A stretch of DNA of 64,000 nt from Octopus bimaculoides (Eukaryota): assembly GCF_001194135.2 (NCBI RefSeq), contig NC_068990.1, positions 6,239,501 through 6,303,500 of the forward strand. The letters are read 5' to 3'. Both the position numbers and the translations under genes were made by a program. The notes below the pieces were generated by a model. It was given only the letters and a program-made list of their open reading frames with translations. It did not search any database and was not told the DNA's origin. Shown here piece by piece: positions 57,079 through 64,000 of the stretch (positions are counted from its first letter, which is position 1; every line of letters begins with the position of its first letter).

Positions 57079-60000
57079 TCATTGCCTGGAATCGAACTTG
57101 GAATTTTGGGGTTAGTAGACCGCACTTTTAACCACTATGCCATATGCCCATAGGCATATGGCATAGTTAAGAGCATGGGCTACTAACCCCAAGATGCTGA
57201 GTTCAATTCCAGGCAGTGACCTTAATAATAATAATAACATCAAAAAATGCCTTAGGAATGAGAATTCAGGTTCAAAATTTCCCCAAGACACCTGATGAAG
57301 GCTGGAGGGTATATCAGCCGAAACGTGTTAACAACAAACAAGATGAGGACAAATATCTGTCAAATGTAAATAATGTGCATAATTTCTCATCTCTTAAATA
57401 TAGAACTGTAGTATGTAAAAGATAATTTATTTTAATAGGGCTGAGTTTTAGATCAGGATGCCCACATAAATTGAATTTTTTCCATTTTGACAGGGATTTT
57501 TCCAGTTTTTTTTTTTTTTCACCATGGCATTAGAAATGATGGAGGGCATCTTTTTATGAAATAAGTCTCTGAAAATTTCTCATTTTTTTCACCACCCCCG
57601 CCTCTGTGACAATTTTGGCCAATTGTTTTTGCATTCCACACTTAAAAACCACCAGAGAAGCCATTTTAGTAAAACAAAGTCATCCATCAGGGCAGCTAAA
57701 TCAACAGAGTAGAGATTGCATTGCTGGTTGGGGAACCTTGATGAAGGCTTTGCAAAGATCAGAGAAGATGAAGAAGAATGGTTGCTGCTGTTCACAAGCC
57801 TTTTCTTGGAGTTGCCTTACACAGGAGATCATGTCAACCATTCCTGATGACCACCGAAAGCCACATTGAGATTCTGTGAGTACTTCTTCCACAACAACCA
57901 GCAGATGATCCAGAAGAATTCTGGTGAAAATGTTGCCGGCAATACTGAGCAGAGAGATATCACAGTAGTTGTTGCATACTGACCAATCTTCTTTCTTGAA
58001 GACGGTAATGGTGCTTGCATTTTGGAGTCATCTGGAATGGTCTTGGTGTCCCATATTCACAGTATCAGGTGGAACAGCTTGGTTCTCAATCCATACCCAC
58101 CACATGTGAAAAGCTCCAAGGGCATGTTGTCCGGACTGGGAGCTTTTCCAGGTTTCATTTGCTCGTTGGCTTTCGTGAATTCCTGGAATAATGACGGGTC
58201 ATCCATAGTTTGACATGTCACTGCAGAGTGTTTCTCAAAAGTTCTTTTGGGGTTTGAGAATGGATGTTCAGAAGATGAAAATGATCTCTGCAACGATGCA
58301 TGATCTCTTTTTCTTTGGTGAGGGTTTGGCTGTCAGCAATTTTCAAGGCACCAATAGACAATCTGATGGGGCGAAATATCTCCTTGGTCTCTGGATAAAA
58401 GCAACACATCTCTTTGGTTTGTGTAGCTCTGGAGTTCAGCAGCCTTTGTTTGCCACCAGGAGTTCTGGATTTCTCTGAAGCGCCTTTGACACATCTGCGA
58501 TTCTTATTCCTTCTTGTCAGATGGTTTTCAAAAGCAATATGTGCTGCTCTTTCCTTTTGATCAGATGTTCAACCTCTTCACAATTTTCAGCAAACCAGTC
58601 TTGCTTCTGGTGCTTTGAGTAGCTGATGACCTTGTCTGCAGCAGGTGTTACAGCATCACACAGTGTTCCAATCATTTAGTGAAGGATTCCCATTCTATCT
58701 TTCCCTCAGATGTTGGTTAACTACTTCTTCGAAGGCTTGGGATGTTACTGAGTCCTTCAGTTTGTGACAGTCATAGCTCGGTTTGCACTTTTGAGTATTG
58801 GGATACCGAGAGGGTGGATGTTGAGACAAGTTGAGACAAGAGATCACAAGTCGGTGATCAGCCCAGCTATCATCAACGCCTGGCAGAGATCTGGTGATCC
58901 TCATGTTCCTCTTGTCTCTGATCCTTGTCAATACATAATCCAGAATATACCAGTGTTTTAACCTCAGATGTTGCCAGATTGTTTTGTGGTGGGTCGGAAG
59001 ATGGAAGATGGGGTTCATACTATCAGGTCCTTTTCCACACAGAGTCTGAGGAAGAGGAATCCATTGGTATTGCAGTTTTCAATCCTCTGTTTGCCAAGGA
59101 TGCCTTACCAGAGATTGTGATTGTGACTGGCTTGGGCGTTGAAGTCACCAAGCATGTTCAGTTCATCATTATGCGGAACAGCTTGAATGGTAGCATTGAG
59201 AGAGTCATAGAAAGCATTTTTAATTTCATCATCTGGGTCTAGAGTTAGAGTACACATTGAGAGCAGTGTAAGGTCTTCTTGGGTAGTGGGATTTGGATGG
59301 ACATCAGATGTTCGCTTGTTGATGTTGGGGTCAGGTTGTGTTTCTTGACCAGCTGAGTTTTGATGGCAAGTCTGACACCATGGATGCAAGGTTCACTAGC
59401 ATCCTTTCCTCTCCAAAAGAACATGTAGCCAACTACCTTCACACTGCCATCACCAGACAAATGAGTTTTGCTCAGAGTAGTTATGTTAATGTGGGAGAGG
59501 GCAAGTTTTTGGGAGACAAGCACAGTACGCCTTTCAGATTAGGAGGTAGTTTGTATGTCCGTCAAATTTCTCATGTTCCATGCTCCCAAAGTCAGAGCAT
59601 AGGATCAAATTTTTCTACTGCTAAGATGGGATTCCACTAGTCATGGTAAACCAGAGAGCAGTGTCCAATATTTACCCCACCATTTCTAGGGGTTTTCCTG
59701 CACAGAAAGGGCTGCAGTGCTCCTAAATAGGCCAGCCTTGACATGTACACAGCTGCCAAAATCCTATGTTACTGCTACTTCACAGAGAAAATAACAATCA
59801 TGTGCACATCACCAATGTGTGTTCACAAGCTGGAAGCTTCCAGCATACCAAGCCTGCTCCTGATGCCTGTGGGTACATTGCCATTGGACTTGAAGAAGCA
59901 GTGGAGAGCATCATACAGGGTCCAGATGGGCTGTTCGCATGTTTTTATTAGGGTGGATGATGTTTCACAAAACCAATGCCCACACATTTTGCTCCAAGGC

Positions 60001-61062
60001 ATCCTCTGTGGCTCATCATGTGGTTGATGACAGGCAGTCTTGGAACAATGGAGTTGTGTTGAGCTGCCAAAACCCAATTCTTTTAGGGATTGCCTTGACA
60101 TCAGCCCAAATGGTGGTGCCATCTGTGAGAACATGTCTAGTCATGGGGAAATACTATCTTGGAAACAGTGACTGGAAGGGCATCTGTTTGTGGAAAAACC
60201 ATCCCCACATATTGTCTGCCCCATGTGATCATGGGACAGAGGATGTCAAATGATGGTGACAATGTCTTCACTGCATACTAACATTGATTTTTATTAGCTC
60301 CACCCTCTCCTTATCCCACCACCACCACCACCACCAAAATAAAACAACAACAACAACACACACACACACACACAAAAACTGTTCTATAGTACTTGATCTG
60401 ATATCAGTTTACTTCATTTGCAGTGTTGAAATAAAAGCTCCCAAAAACATTAGCTTAGAAGAAATGTGTTGAACAAGGCGGTGAGCTGGCAGAAACGTTA
60501 GCACGCCGGGCGAAATGCTTAGCAGTATTTTGTCTGCCATTACATACTGAGTTCAAATTCTGCCGAGGTCGACTTTGCTTTTCATCCTTTCGGGGTCGAT
60601 AAATTAAGTACCAGTTACACACTGGGGTCGATGTAATCGACTTAATCCCTTTGTCTGTCCTTGTTTGTCCCCTCTAAGTTTAGCCCCTTGTGAGCAATAA
60701 AGAAATAAGAAATAAGAAATGTCTTGAATTACTTGGGAACAAAATGTTTAGTTCTGCTCTGAAGTGATAAGTTTATTGAGACATCTTAAACATAAATGAT
60801 ATTTGAGATAAAATGTACGAAGGAATGCTAGAAAGGAGAAGTGAGAAATGATATGTATATTTAAATAGAAGACAGCATAAATCAAGCTAAGCTAAAAAAT
60901 CAGAATTTATCACATAGCTTTCAATAAATTAAAATTTCTGGACGTTTTTGTTAGCAATTGTCTGAAAAGTCCTGCTTACCTTTTCTTCGACTGTTGTCTT
61001 AAATTGTTTGGCAGTATCAGCAACTGTCTTACTAGCAAATTTTCCAACACTGAATAAATAAC
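9731..61062 (-). CDS. SYAP1: Synapse-associated protein 1 (SYAP1/Sap47, BSD domain), 5'-partial spliced gene: join(61062-60980, 51430-51284, 45039-44900, 41444-41353, 27613-27413, 9876-9731)
   Basis: Six exons with AG/GT boundaries and matching phases (1/0, 0/0, 0/2, 2/1, 1/1, 1/stop) splice into one open frame of 809 nt. The translation contains the SYAP1 hallmarks [61 protein letters not shown] (BSD domain) and [12 protein letters not shown]. The start codon is not in the visible sequence. Confidence 0.95.
10060..10520 (-). mobile_element. Penelope-like element GIY-YIG endonuclease relic
   Basis: Minus-strand translation [44 protein letters not shown] follows the PLE pattern VY.IPC.CG..YIGET.R.L..R..EH. 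Confidence 0.75.
10600..10790 (+). mobile_element. SINE fragment with a V-domain-like core
   Basis: cctgcaatggactggcatcccgtccaggtgggg resembles the V-SINE central domain; recognised from memory only. Confidence 0.45.
13637..13805. repeat. Fold-back inverted repeat, 77-bp arms with one mismatch and a 15-nt loop
   Basis: 13637-13713 is the reverse complement of 13729-13805 (ctttatttaaaagcagcagaaatataac...catcggacagtttt / aaaactgtccgatg...gctgcttttaaataaag). Confidence 0.95.
13729..13774 (+). ncRNA. Minimal type I hammerhead ribozyme fold (PLE-type), core variant CCGAUGA
   Basis: Helix I AAAACTGT/ACGGTTTT; core CCGATGA; helix II ACG-GGAA-CGT; GAAA; helix III ACTC-A-GAGT; GTA cleavage triplet ending at 13766. 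A mirror copy lies on the minus strand at 13668-13713. Confidence 0.7.
13956..15075 (+). mobile_element. Mariner transposase relic
   Basis: [14 protein letters not shown] start, IAI*WDEM*VNHYD (ITGDETW.HHYD motif), LHPLYSQD...PSNFHLFG, and a terminal RW.KC...GDY motif; heavily disrupted. Confidence 0.8.
15850..16160 (+). mobile_element. Mariner transposase C-terminal relic
   Basis: [46 protein letters not shown]. Confidence 0.85.
18050..18600 (-). mobile_element. R4/Dong-like (RLE) non-LTR retrotransposon 3' fragment
   Basis: ORF 18057..18368: [40 protein letters not shown]...[10 protein letters not shown], the PD..D/E restriction-like endonuclease motif of R4/Dong/NeSL-type elements. Confidence 0.8.
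18900..21050 (+). mobile_element. Fragmented Penelope-like element (RT-endonuclease linker plus GIY-YIG), interrupted by microsatellites and SINEs
   Basis: About 19290-19520: [10 protein letters not shown]...[28 protein letters not shown] (PLE R.IIWFNPPF...KIFN...VKVSYS motif). About 20740-20990: [20 protein letters not shown]...[15 protein letters not shown] (GIY-YIG). Boundaries are approximate. Confidence 0.75.
19921..20345 (-). mobile_element. SINE-like repeat with (ATG)n tail, family C; near-identical copy at ~36048-36262
   Basis: About 190 nt from gtttaacgtccgctttc to cacgctcgaaat is shared by both sites with about 8 differences. The 20-kb copy continues with an internal tandem duplication. 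Confidence 0.85.
21450..21960 (-). mobile_element. RTE LINE 3' fragment
   Basis: [25 protein letters not shown] and [14 protein letters not shown]. Confidence 0.75.
23640..25070 (+). mobile_element. RTE-clade LINE RT/3' relic with an antisense RTE 3' fragment nested at ~24410-24790
   Basis: [15 protein letters not shown]...[37 protein letters not shown]. The insert reads [16 protein letters not shown]...KRGRPRKTW on the minus strand. Confidence 0.85.
27413..27613 (-). CDS. SYAP1: SYAP1 exon, 201 nt: (E)[66 protein letters not shown]
   Basis: ttttttttgcAG|AGCGGTC...AATGCAG|GTAAAC; contains the EFISDSF...DLRKEMQQL motif typical of the SYAP1 C-terminal half; phase 1/1. Confidence 0.9.
29886..30740 (-). 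mobile_element. Mariner relic
   Basis: [25 protein letters not shown]...[21 protein letters not shown], with a TIR-like end near 29886. Confidence 0.85.
33930..34620 (-). mobile_element. Helitron Pif1-type helicase C-terminal relic (copy 1)
   Basis: [48 protein letters not shown] corresponds to RLQFPVRLAFAMTINKSQGQTL...HGQLYVACSRV. An upstream fragment [14 protein letters not shown]...LLLVREG corresponds to L.TNMRV...GD...LL.IG.G. Confidence 0.8.
35150..35900 (-). mobile_element. Helitron Pif1-type helicase relic (copy 2, a different sequence)
   Basis: Frameshifted pieces VYESLDTV...NQYNYPI*FL...[27 protein letters not shown] and HEQLYVAL*R occur in the expected order. Confidence 0.7.
36550..36950 (-). 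mobile_element. Possible Helitron Rep-domain relic upstream of helicase copy 2
   Basis: NSEDSF...[14 protein letters not shown] weakly resembles YQDAM...YGKPDLFITFTCNP.W. Orientation and order fit RepHel, but the sequence is highly degenerate. Confidence 0.3.
37830..39240 (+). mobile_element. Cluster of RTE fragments in both orientations
   Basis: [32 protein letters not shown] (37920-38030) and [24 protein letters not shown] (38610-38700), with antisense RTE pieces between and after them. Confidence 0.7.
41353..41444 (-). CDS. SYAP1: SYAP1 exon, 92 nt: (Q)[31 protein letters not shown]-terminal half of the BSD domain
   Basis: gatgaaAG|AATTAATGAG...TCTACTG|GTAAGT; diagnostic FWRNYFYRV motif; phase 2 in, phase 1 out. 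Confidence 0.95.
42740..43100 (-). mobile_element. C-terminal zinc-knuckle/restriction-like endonuclease fragment of a CRE-clade-like non-LTR retrotransposon
   Basis: Minus-strand translation [30 protein letters not shown]...[10 protein letters not shown]...[17 protein letters not shown] matches the LRLG..C.PH.C.CG..VD..G.H.LSC...R H..LN..I..AL...EP..L.R.DGKRPDG.T pattern of RLE-encoding early-branching LINEs. Confidence 0.7.
43108..43425 (+). repeat. Degenerate minisatellite built on TTCCTGGAAAGTTCCGA units
   Basis: More than ten variants of (c/t)TGGAAAGTTCC with irregular spacers are directly visible. Confidence 0.85.
43426..43511 (+). mobile_element. Helitron-like 3' terminus
   Basis: ...GGCTGGGTGAAACCGGGTTTAGCTG-CTAG|T: a GC-rich GAA-loop sub-terminal motif about 10 nt before CTAG, followed by host T. 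This is the canonical Helitron 3' signature, although the stem here is short. Confidence 0.55.
44900..45039 (-). CDS. SYAP1: SYAP1 exon, 140 nt: [46 protein letters not shown](Q), N-terminal half of the BSD domain
   Basis: ttttttacAG|GACAAG...CCCAAACA|GTAAGT; phase 0 in, phase 2 out. Confidence 0.95.
45250..45700 (-). mobile_element. Penelope-like reverse transcriptase C-terminal relic
   Basis: LYRDD...[10 protein letters not shown]...[39 protein letters not shown]: YRDD catalytic motif plus the PLE thumb region. Confidence 0.75.
45860..46105 (+). mobile_element. Mariner 3' end relic
   Basis: [21 protein letters not shown] followed by a TIR-like caaaagttttggtcgacataata. Confidence 0.7.
46555..46910 (+). 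mobile_element. tRNA-derived SINE, family D; reverse copy at ~30745-31080 and a tail fragment at ~45175-45250
   Basis: Head gctcagtggttagagcattggactcacaatcatgaggtagtgagttcgattcc; tail gaccgaagggggtctttac. Confidence 0.8.
48020..48734 (+). mobile_element. Internally deleted TIR DNA transposon carrying a SAP-domain + SWIM-finger ORF remnant (ISL2EU/PHIS-like accessory ORF suspected), inserted in a SINE
   Basis: TIRs GGCTTTCCTATAAG (48020-48033) and CTTATTGGAAAACC (48721-48734) match at 12/14. The flanks (CTATAG/ATATAG) rejoin a SINE (..ctactatag|cct..ggccaacc). ORF 48126+ has [28 protein letters not shown] (SAP). A shifted frame continues [16 protein letters not shown]...[21 protein letters not shown] (start of a SWIM CxC finger) and then stops. 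Confidence 0.75.
49670..50057. repeat. Fold-back inverted repeat, ~161-bp arms (~3 mismatches), with a perfect 16-bp inner hairpin in the spacer
   Basis: 49670-49830 is the reverse complement of 49897-50057. The spacer holds CACTGATTCTGCTACT-gaaat-AGTAGCAGAATCAGTG (49851-49887). Confidence 0.95.
49948..50034 (+). ncRNA. Type I hammerhead-like fold (identical mirror copy on the minus strand at 49693-49779)
   Basis: Helix I ATTCAT/ATGAAT; core CTGAGGA; long helix II AACGGTTTCTTTA/TAAAGGAGTTGTT (Watson-Crick plus G-U pairs); GAAAC; palindromic GGCC in the helix III position; TTA before helix I'. The helix III second pair is C-T and the helix II base is A-A, so it may be degenerate. Confidence 0.55.
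50088..50400 (-). mobile_element. Mariner 3' end relic; a second TIR-bearing copy of the family lies at ~51035-51210
   Basis: [11 protein letters not shown]...[22 protein letters not shown]. The TIR (t)attgggtcatcc(c/t)ataaataatg is shared by 50088 and 51035. Confidence 0.85.
50503..50636 (+). mobile_element. PLE pLTR-like repeat with a hammerhead motif (same family as 56889-57000 and 57270-57410)
   Basis: aaatttccccaagacatCTGAAGAaGGCTGgagggtatatCAGCCGAAAagttgtgttaacaag...gatgaggacaaatatcc matches both arms of the 57-kb palindrome. Confidence 0.7.
50641..50700. repeat. Perfect 60-bp palindrome (27-bp arms, 6-nt loop)
   Basis: TTAATCATCAGTGCAAGAATAGTCAAG-CATAGT-CTTGACTATTCTTGCACTGATGATTAA. 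Confidence 0.97.
51284..51430 (-). CDS. SYAP1: SYAP1 exon, 147 nt: [49 protein letters not shown]
   Basis: tttcAG|ACTATA...TCTTCT|GTAAGT; 49 full codons; conserved PPWV...QILALS motif. Lies inside ORF-track entry 51215..51535. Confidence 0.95.
51520..51732. mobile_element. Tigger/MER2-like MITE remnant
   Basis: TA-CAGTA...gggattACTG-TA termini and ttcacctat(c/t)gcgg sub-terminal motifs. Confidence 0.5.
52200..52450 (-). mobile_element. Mariner (Mos1-type) N-terminal HTH relic
   Basis: [40 protein letters not shown]. Confidence 0.85.
52893..53168. mobile_element. MITE with a 10-bp target-site duplication (Mutator-like)
   Basis: AGGTAGTTAT occurs at 52883-52892 and 53169-53178. The ends are G...C, and the sub-terminal inverted repeats ccgacgtcacttcgtc / gacgaagtgacgttgg sit in arrays of short gtcttttcatcc-like units. 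Confidence 0.75.
54683..54912 (+). mobile_element. Young tRNA-derived SINE (family A) with a perfect 15-bp TSD
   Basis: GGAAACACGTGTAGG at 54668-54682 and 54913-54927; B-box GAGTTCAAATTCC; core gcctttcatcctttcggggtcgat. Confidence 0.9.
55170..55400 (+). mobile_element. RTE/BovB RT-downstream fragment
   Basis: [31 protein letters not shown]. Confidence 0.6.
55985..56345 (+). mobile_element. GC-rich LTR/pLTR-like island with a TATA box
   Basis: Duplicated TTGCTGGAGCCTAGCAGC / CTGCTGGAGCCTAGCAGC, then GGTATAAAAAGG, then two CTGA(A/T)GA...GAAAC motif pairs. Sharp GC rise against AT-rich flanks. Confidence 0.45.
56889..57373. mobile_element. Head-to-head palindromic element: [hammerhead tail-(TAA)n-tRNA-like head] x [tRNA-like head-(TAA)n-hammerhead tail]
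   Basis: Centre ACTATGCCATATGCC-cata-GGCATATGGCATAGT (57134-57167). Each arm reads outward as an A-box-like TGGCATAGT(GG)TTAA, a B-box-like GAGTTC(G/A)ATTCC, a (TAA)n tract, then ccccaagacacCTG(A/T)TGAaGGCTG...CAGCC(G/A)AAAC. The arms are visibly diverged from each other. Confidence 0.8.
57590..59600 (-). mobile_element. RTE/BovB-like LINE relic (APE endonuclease through RT)
   Basis: [83 protein letters not shown]...[31 protein letters not shown], broken by stops and frameshifts. Confidence 0.9.
60477..60720 (+). mobile_element. tRNA-derived SINE, family A
   Basis: Close match to the 54683 copy; (AAGAAAT)n tail; near-TSD agaaatgt(g/c)ttgaa. A reverse copy lies at ~25813-26041, with many older copies (4.0-6.9 kb, 19.7 kb, 39.9 kb, 43.6 kb, 61.2 kb). 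Confidence 0.9.
60980..61062 (-). CDS. SYAP1: SYAP1 exon (most 5' one visible), 83 nt: (G)[27 protein letters not shown]
   Basis: Minus strand ...ttttctctacAG|GTTATTTATTC...GAAGAAAAG|GTAAGC. Resembles the SYAP1 segment YLF...SVAETAQTIKKSVEE that precedes TIIGDF, and it ends in phase 0 to match the next exon. Confidence 0.88.
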
Positions 61063-62649
61063 CTGTAGAGAAAATAGAAGGTAGCTACTTAAACCAATAC
61101 CAAGTGGGGTTGTTTTTAGTCATTGGTGCAAAAAACAGAAACATATATATTAAAGGAAAATACGAAATATAAAACACTGAATGAAATTACACTGGTTTCA
61201 AATTAGGGTAAAAGGTCAACAATTTGGTGGGAGGGGATAAGTTGATTACATTGAATCCAGTGCTCAATCATTACTTACTTTATCAACCTCAATTGGATGA
61301 AAGACAAAGTTGACCTCAGCATAATTTAAACTCAGAACAAAGTGATGGACAAAATGTCATTAAACATTTTGCCCAACATGCTAATAGTTCTGCCAGCTTG
61401 CTGTCTTATTGAATAAAATAATATTAAATTAGTCTTTTAAGAGAGTGTTTCCTATTGATGAGTGTGCTTATGAGAAATGAAGTATAAGGGGTGGGAGAGA
61501 GAACAAATTACCATTTTTAATAAAATTAAGATGGTATAGAAAGAGTTACATACCATGGTATAGAAAGAACTACATAAATGCAAACTCTCTTTTGAATTTT
61601 TATTTATATGTGGAGAGGGCAGAAAAGAATTTCACTTTATAAATGTATGCGCAGGTGCAGGCATGGCTGTGTGGTAAGAAGCTTGCTTCCCAACCGCATG
61701 GTTCCAGGTTCAATCCCACCTACTAGAGCCTCAGGCCAACAAAAACCTTGTGGGTGGATTTGGTAGATGGAAACTCATTGTATATGTTTGTGTGTCTTTG
61801 TGTCTGTGTTTGCTCCCTCCATCACCACTTGATAACTGGTGTTGGTGTGTTACATCCCAATAACTTAGCAGTTCAGCAAATAAGACTGATAGGCTTTAAA
61901 AAATAAATCCTGTATACTTATATGAATGTGTATGTTGATTTGTCCATGCGCGTGTAAGTGTTAGGGCATGTCCATGTACGTGTTGATATAAGCAAGTGTG
62001 TCAATATACGATATATACAGTGATATGCTAATCTCAACCCTAACTTGGTGTCCTGATTATTAAAATACCTTGATTCAAATGAATCCCACAAACAATTAAT
62101 TATANNNNNNNNNNNNNNNNNNNNNNNNNNNNNNNNNNNNNNNNNNNNNNNNNNNNNNNNNNNNNNNNNNNNNNNNNNNNNNNNNNNNNNNNNNNNNNNN
62201 NNNNNNNNNNNNNNNNNNNNNNNNNNNNNNNNNNNNNNNNNNNNNNNNNNNNNNNNNNNNNNNNNNNNNNNNNNNNNNNNNNNNNNNNNNNNNNNNNNNN
62301 NNNNNNNNNNNNNNNNNNNNNNNNNNNNNNNNNNNNNNNNNNNNNATATATATATAGATATATATATATATACATAGAGAGAGAGAGAGAGAATGTGTAC
62401 TGTTCTGTGATGGAACCAAAAAAGTACTCCATCTGGTGAGAGATAACTATTATTTAATAAATGCAATATATGTTTCTATGTGCTACTATTAGTTTCATGT
62501 GCTGAGAGCATGTCAGACAGTATTTTTTAATGCATCTAGTGTCCTAGCACAATCATCAAGCACTGCCCACATGGCAGAATTAAATCGTTGGAAGTTTATA
62601 CAGAACTGTGAAAATTAATGTTTCTTTTAAAATTGCATAGTATGCATTT

Positions 62650-62880
62650 GCATTAGTTTCATTTAATAAAACCTTCTAGTTCTTCTGGATAATGCTGTAA
62701 TTAAGGGAGCATGACATTCCCATATTCTCAGCAGTTCGTTTATAATTCTAAGAGCTTCACAATGATTACTAAAAATTTTCACGTCACCAATGTTGTAACT
62801 TTCAGCTATGTGTTTTACAGATTTTTCAACATTCTCCCCTATTTTCCTTTTCTGTTCTATCTTGAACACACAATCTCCTA
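62650..62880 (-). mobile_element. Possible pogo/Tigger (CENP-B-type HTH) transposase N-terminal relic
   Basis: KIEQKRKIGENVEKSVKHIAESYNIG resembles the psq-type L.IEQK.EII..LE.G.SV..IA..Y.IG motif. Confidence 0.45.
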
Positions 62881-63540
62881 TCTGTTGTAAATATTCACTG
62901 CCACACTGATGCTCCCATGTTTTATTCTAGTGATTCTATCCTCTGCTTCTCTTTACATTGTTGACTGTACAGCCTCAAGCTTTCTCTTGTTAACTTACAT
63001 CATCTGTCAGCCATATTTTATAAACAAATATCAATTTTCAAACAAGCAGATGACAGATAATAGCACTTATGTGCATGCGTTAAGTAATAGGCGATATAAA
63101 AAATTCAATGGTTTGTTGCCAACTTAATGTGGCAGTCCCAGGAAAGGGGAGAATGCTACTGCTATTTAGCCCCAGGAAACACCGTTTCCAGTTGGCTACA
63201 TGACACAAGCGTTCTGTCTCCTTAAGTTTGAAAACTTAAGGACAAAGTTTGCAAAGTTTTCAAAGAATTTAGTTCAATAAAAAAACTACACCTCTCACTT
63301 TCCACTCACCACCACCACCACCACCAGCATTAAAGTTTTCAGTAACAAAGCTCAGTCTAAGTTGTTTACCAGCCAAGATTATTTTTCATTTCATTTCATT
63401 TTAGCTGTTTGCTTCATATTTACTTTTCTTGCCGTTGATGTATCTATTTACTCTGACAAATGATGTATAAAATTTCCCTCTGACAAACACTCCATATTTC
63501 CCTCTCTCTCTTTTCCTCCTCTCTCTCTTATTTCAACAAA

Positions 63541-63945
63541 AGGCGTAGGAGTGGCTGTGTGGTAAGTAGCTTGCTTACAAACCACATGGTCCCGGGTTCA
63601 GTCCCACTGCGTGGCATCTTGGGCAAGTGCCTTCTACTATAGCCTCGGGCCGACCAATGCCTTGTGAGTGGATTTGGTAGACGGAAACTGAAAGAAGCCT
63701 GTCGTATATATGTATATATATATATGTATGTGTGTATGTGTTTGTATGTCTGTGTTTGTCCCCCGAACATCGCTTGACAACCGATGCTGGTGTGTTTACG
63801 TCCCCGTAACTTAGCGGTTCGGCAAAAGAGACCGAAAGAATAAGTACTAGGCTTCCAAAGAATAAGTCCTGGGGTCGATTTGCTCGACTAAAGGCGGTGC
63901 TCCAGCATGGCCACAGTCAAAAGACTGAAACAAGTAAAAGAGTAA
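63541..63945 (+). mobile_element. tRNA-derived SINE, family B (full length)
   Basis: ggagtggctgtgtggtaag...gggttcagtcccactgcg head, internal (TA)/(TG) tract, ccagcatggccacagtc...actgaaacaagtaaaagag tail. Older copies lie at ~32870-33240, 47950-48830 (interrupted) and 61650-61910. Confidence 0.9.
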
Positions 63946-64000
63946 AACTTTTTAACCATGTCGTTCCCCTTTTCATGTCATTATCATTTTTCATTCTCTT

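Noticed and set aside
61063-64000. Search for the upstream SYAP1 exon and start codon
   Set aside because: No open, phase-1-ending exon with SYAP1-like sequence was found; it is probably beyond the window end or in the gap.

Overview
AT-rich, repeat-dense animal genomic DNA with four N-gaps. The SINE, microsatellite and LINE content looks like an octopus or other coleoid cephalopod, which is an inference from repeat recognition. One host gene is supported: a minus-strand SYAP1/Sap47 (BSD-domain) gene. Six GT-AG exons with fully compatible phases were read by hand (61062-60980, 51430-51284, 45039-44900, 41444-41353, 27613-27413, 9876-9731). They give about 268 C-terminal residues, and the N-terminal exon(s) are not visible here. 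The introns are filled with decayed mobile DNA: tRNA-derived SINEs, RTE, R4/Dong-like and CRE-like non-LTR fragments, Penelope-like elements (PLEs), mariner and Tigger relics, Helitron relics, and a TIR element carrying a SAP+SWIM ORF. The most striking unexplained structure is a set of fold-back inverted repeats (13.6 kb, 49.7 kb, 50.6 kb, 56.9 kb) whose arms carry sequence-unrelated minimal type I hammerhead ribozyme folds. One of them is a head-to-head palindrome of a tRNA-like head fused to a hammerhead tail. All domain calls come from motif recognition by eye; no database searches were run. Most ORF-track entries are repeat or microsatellite noise.
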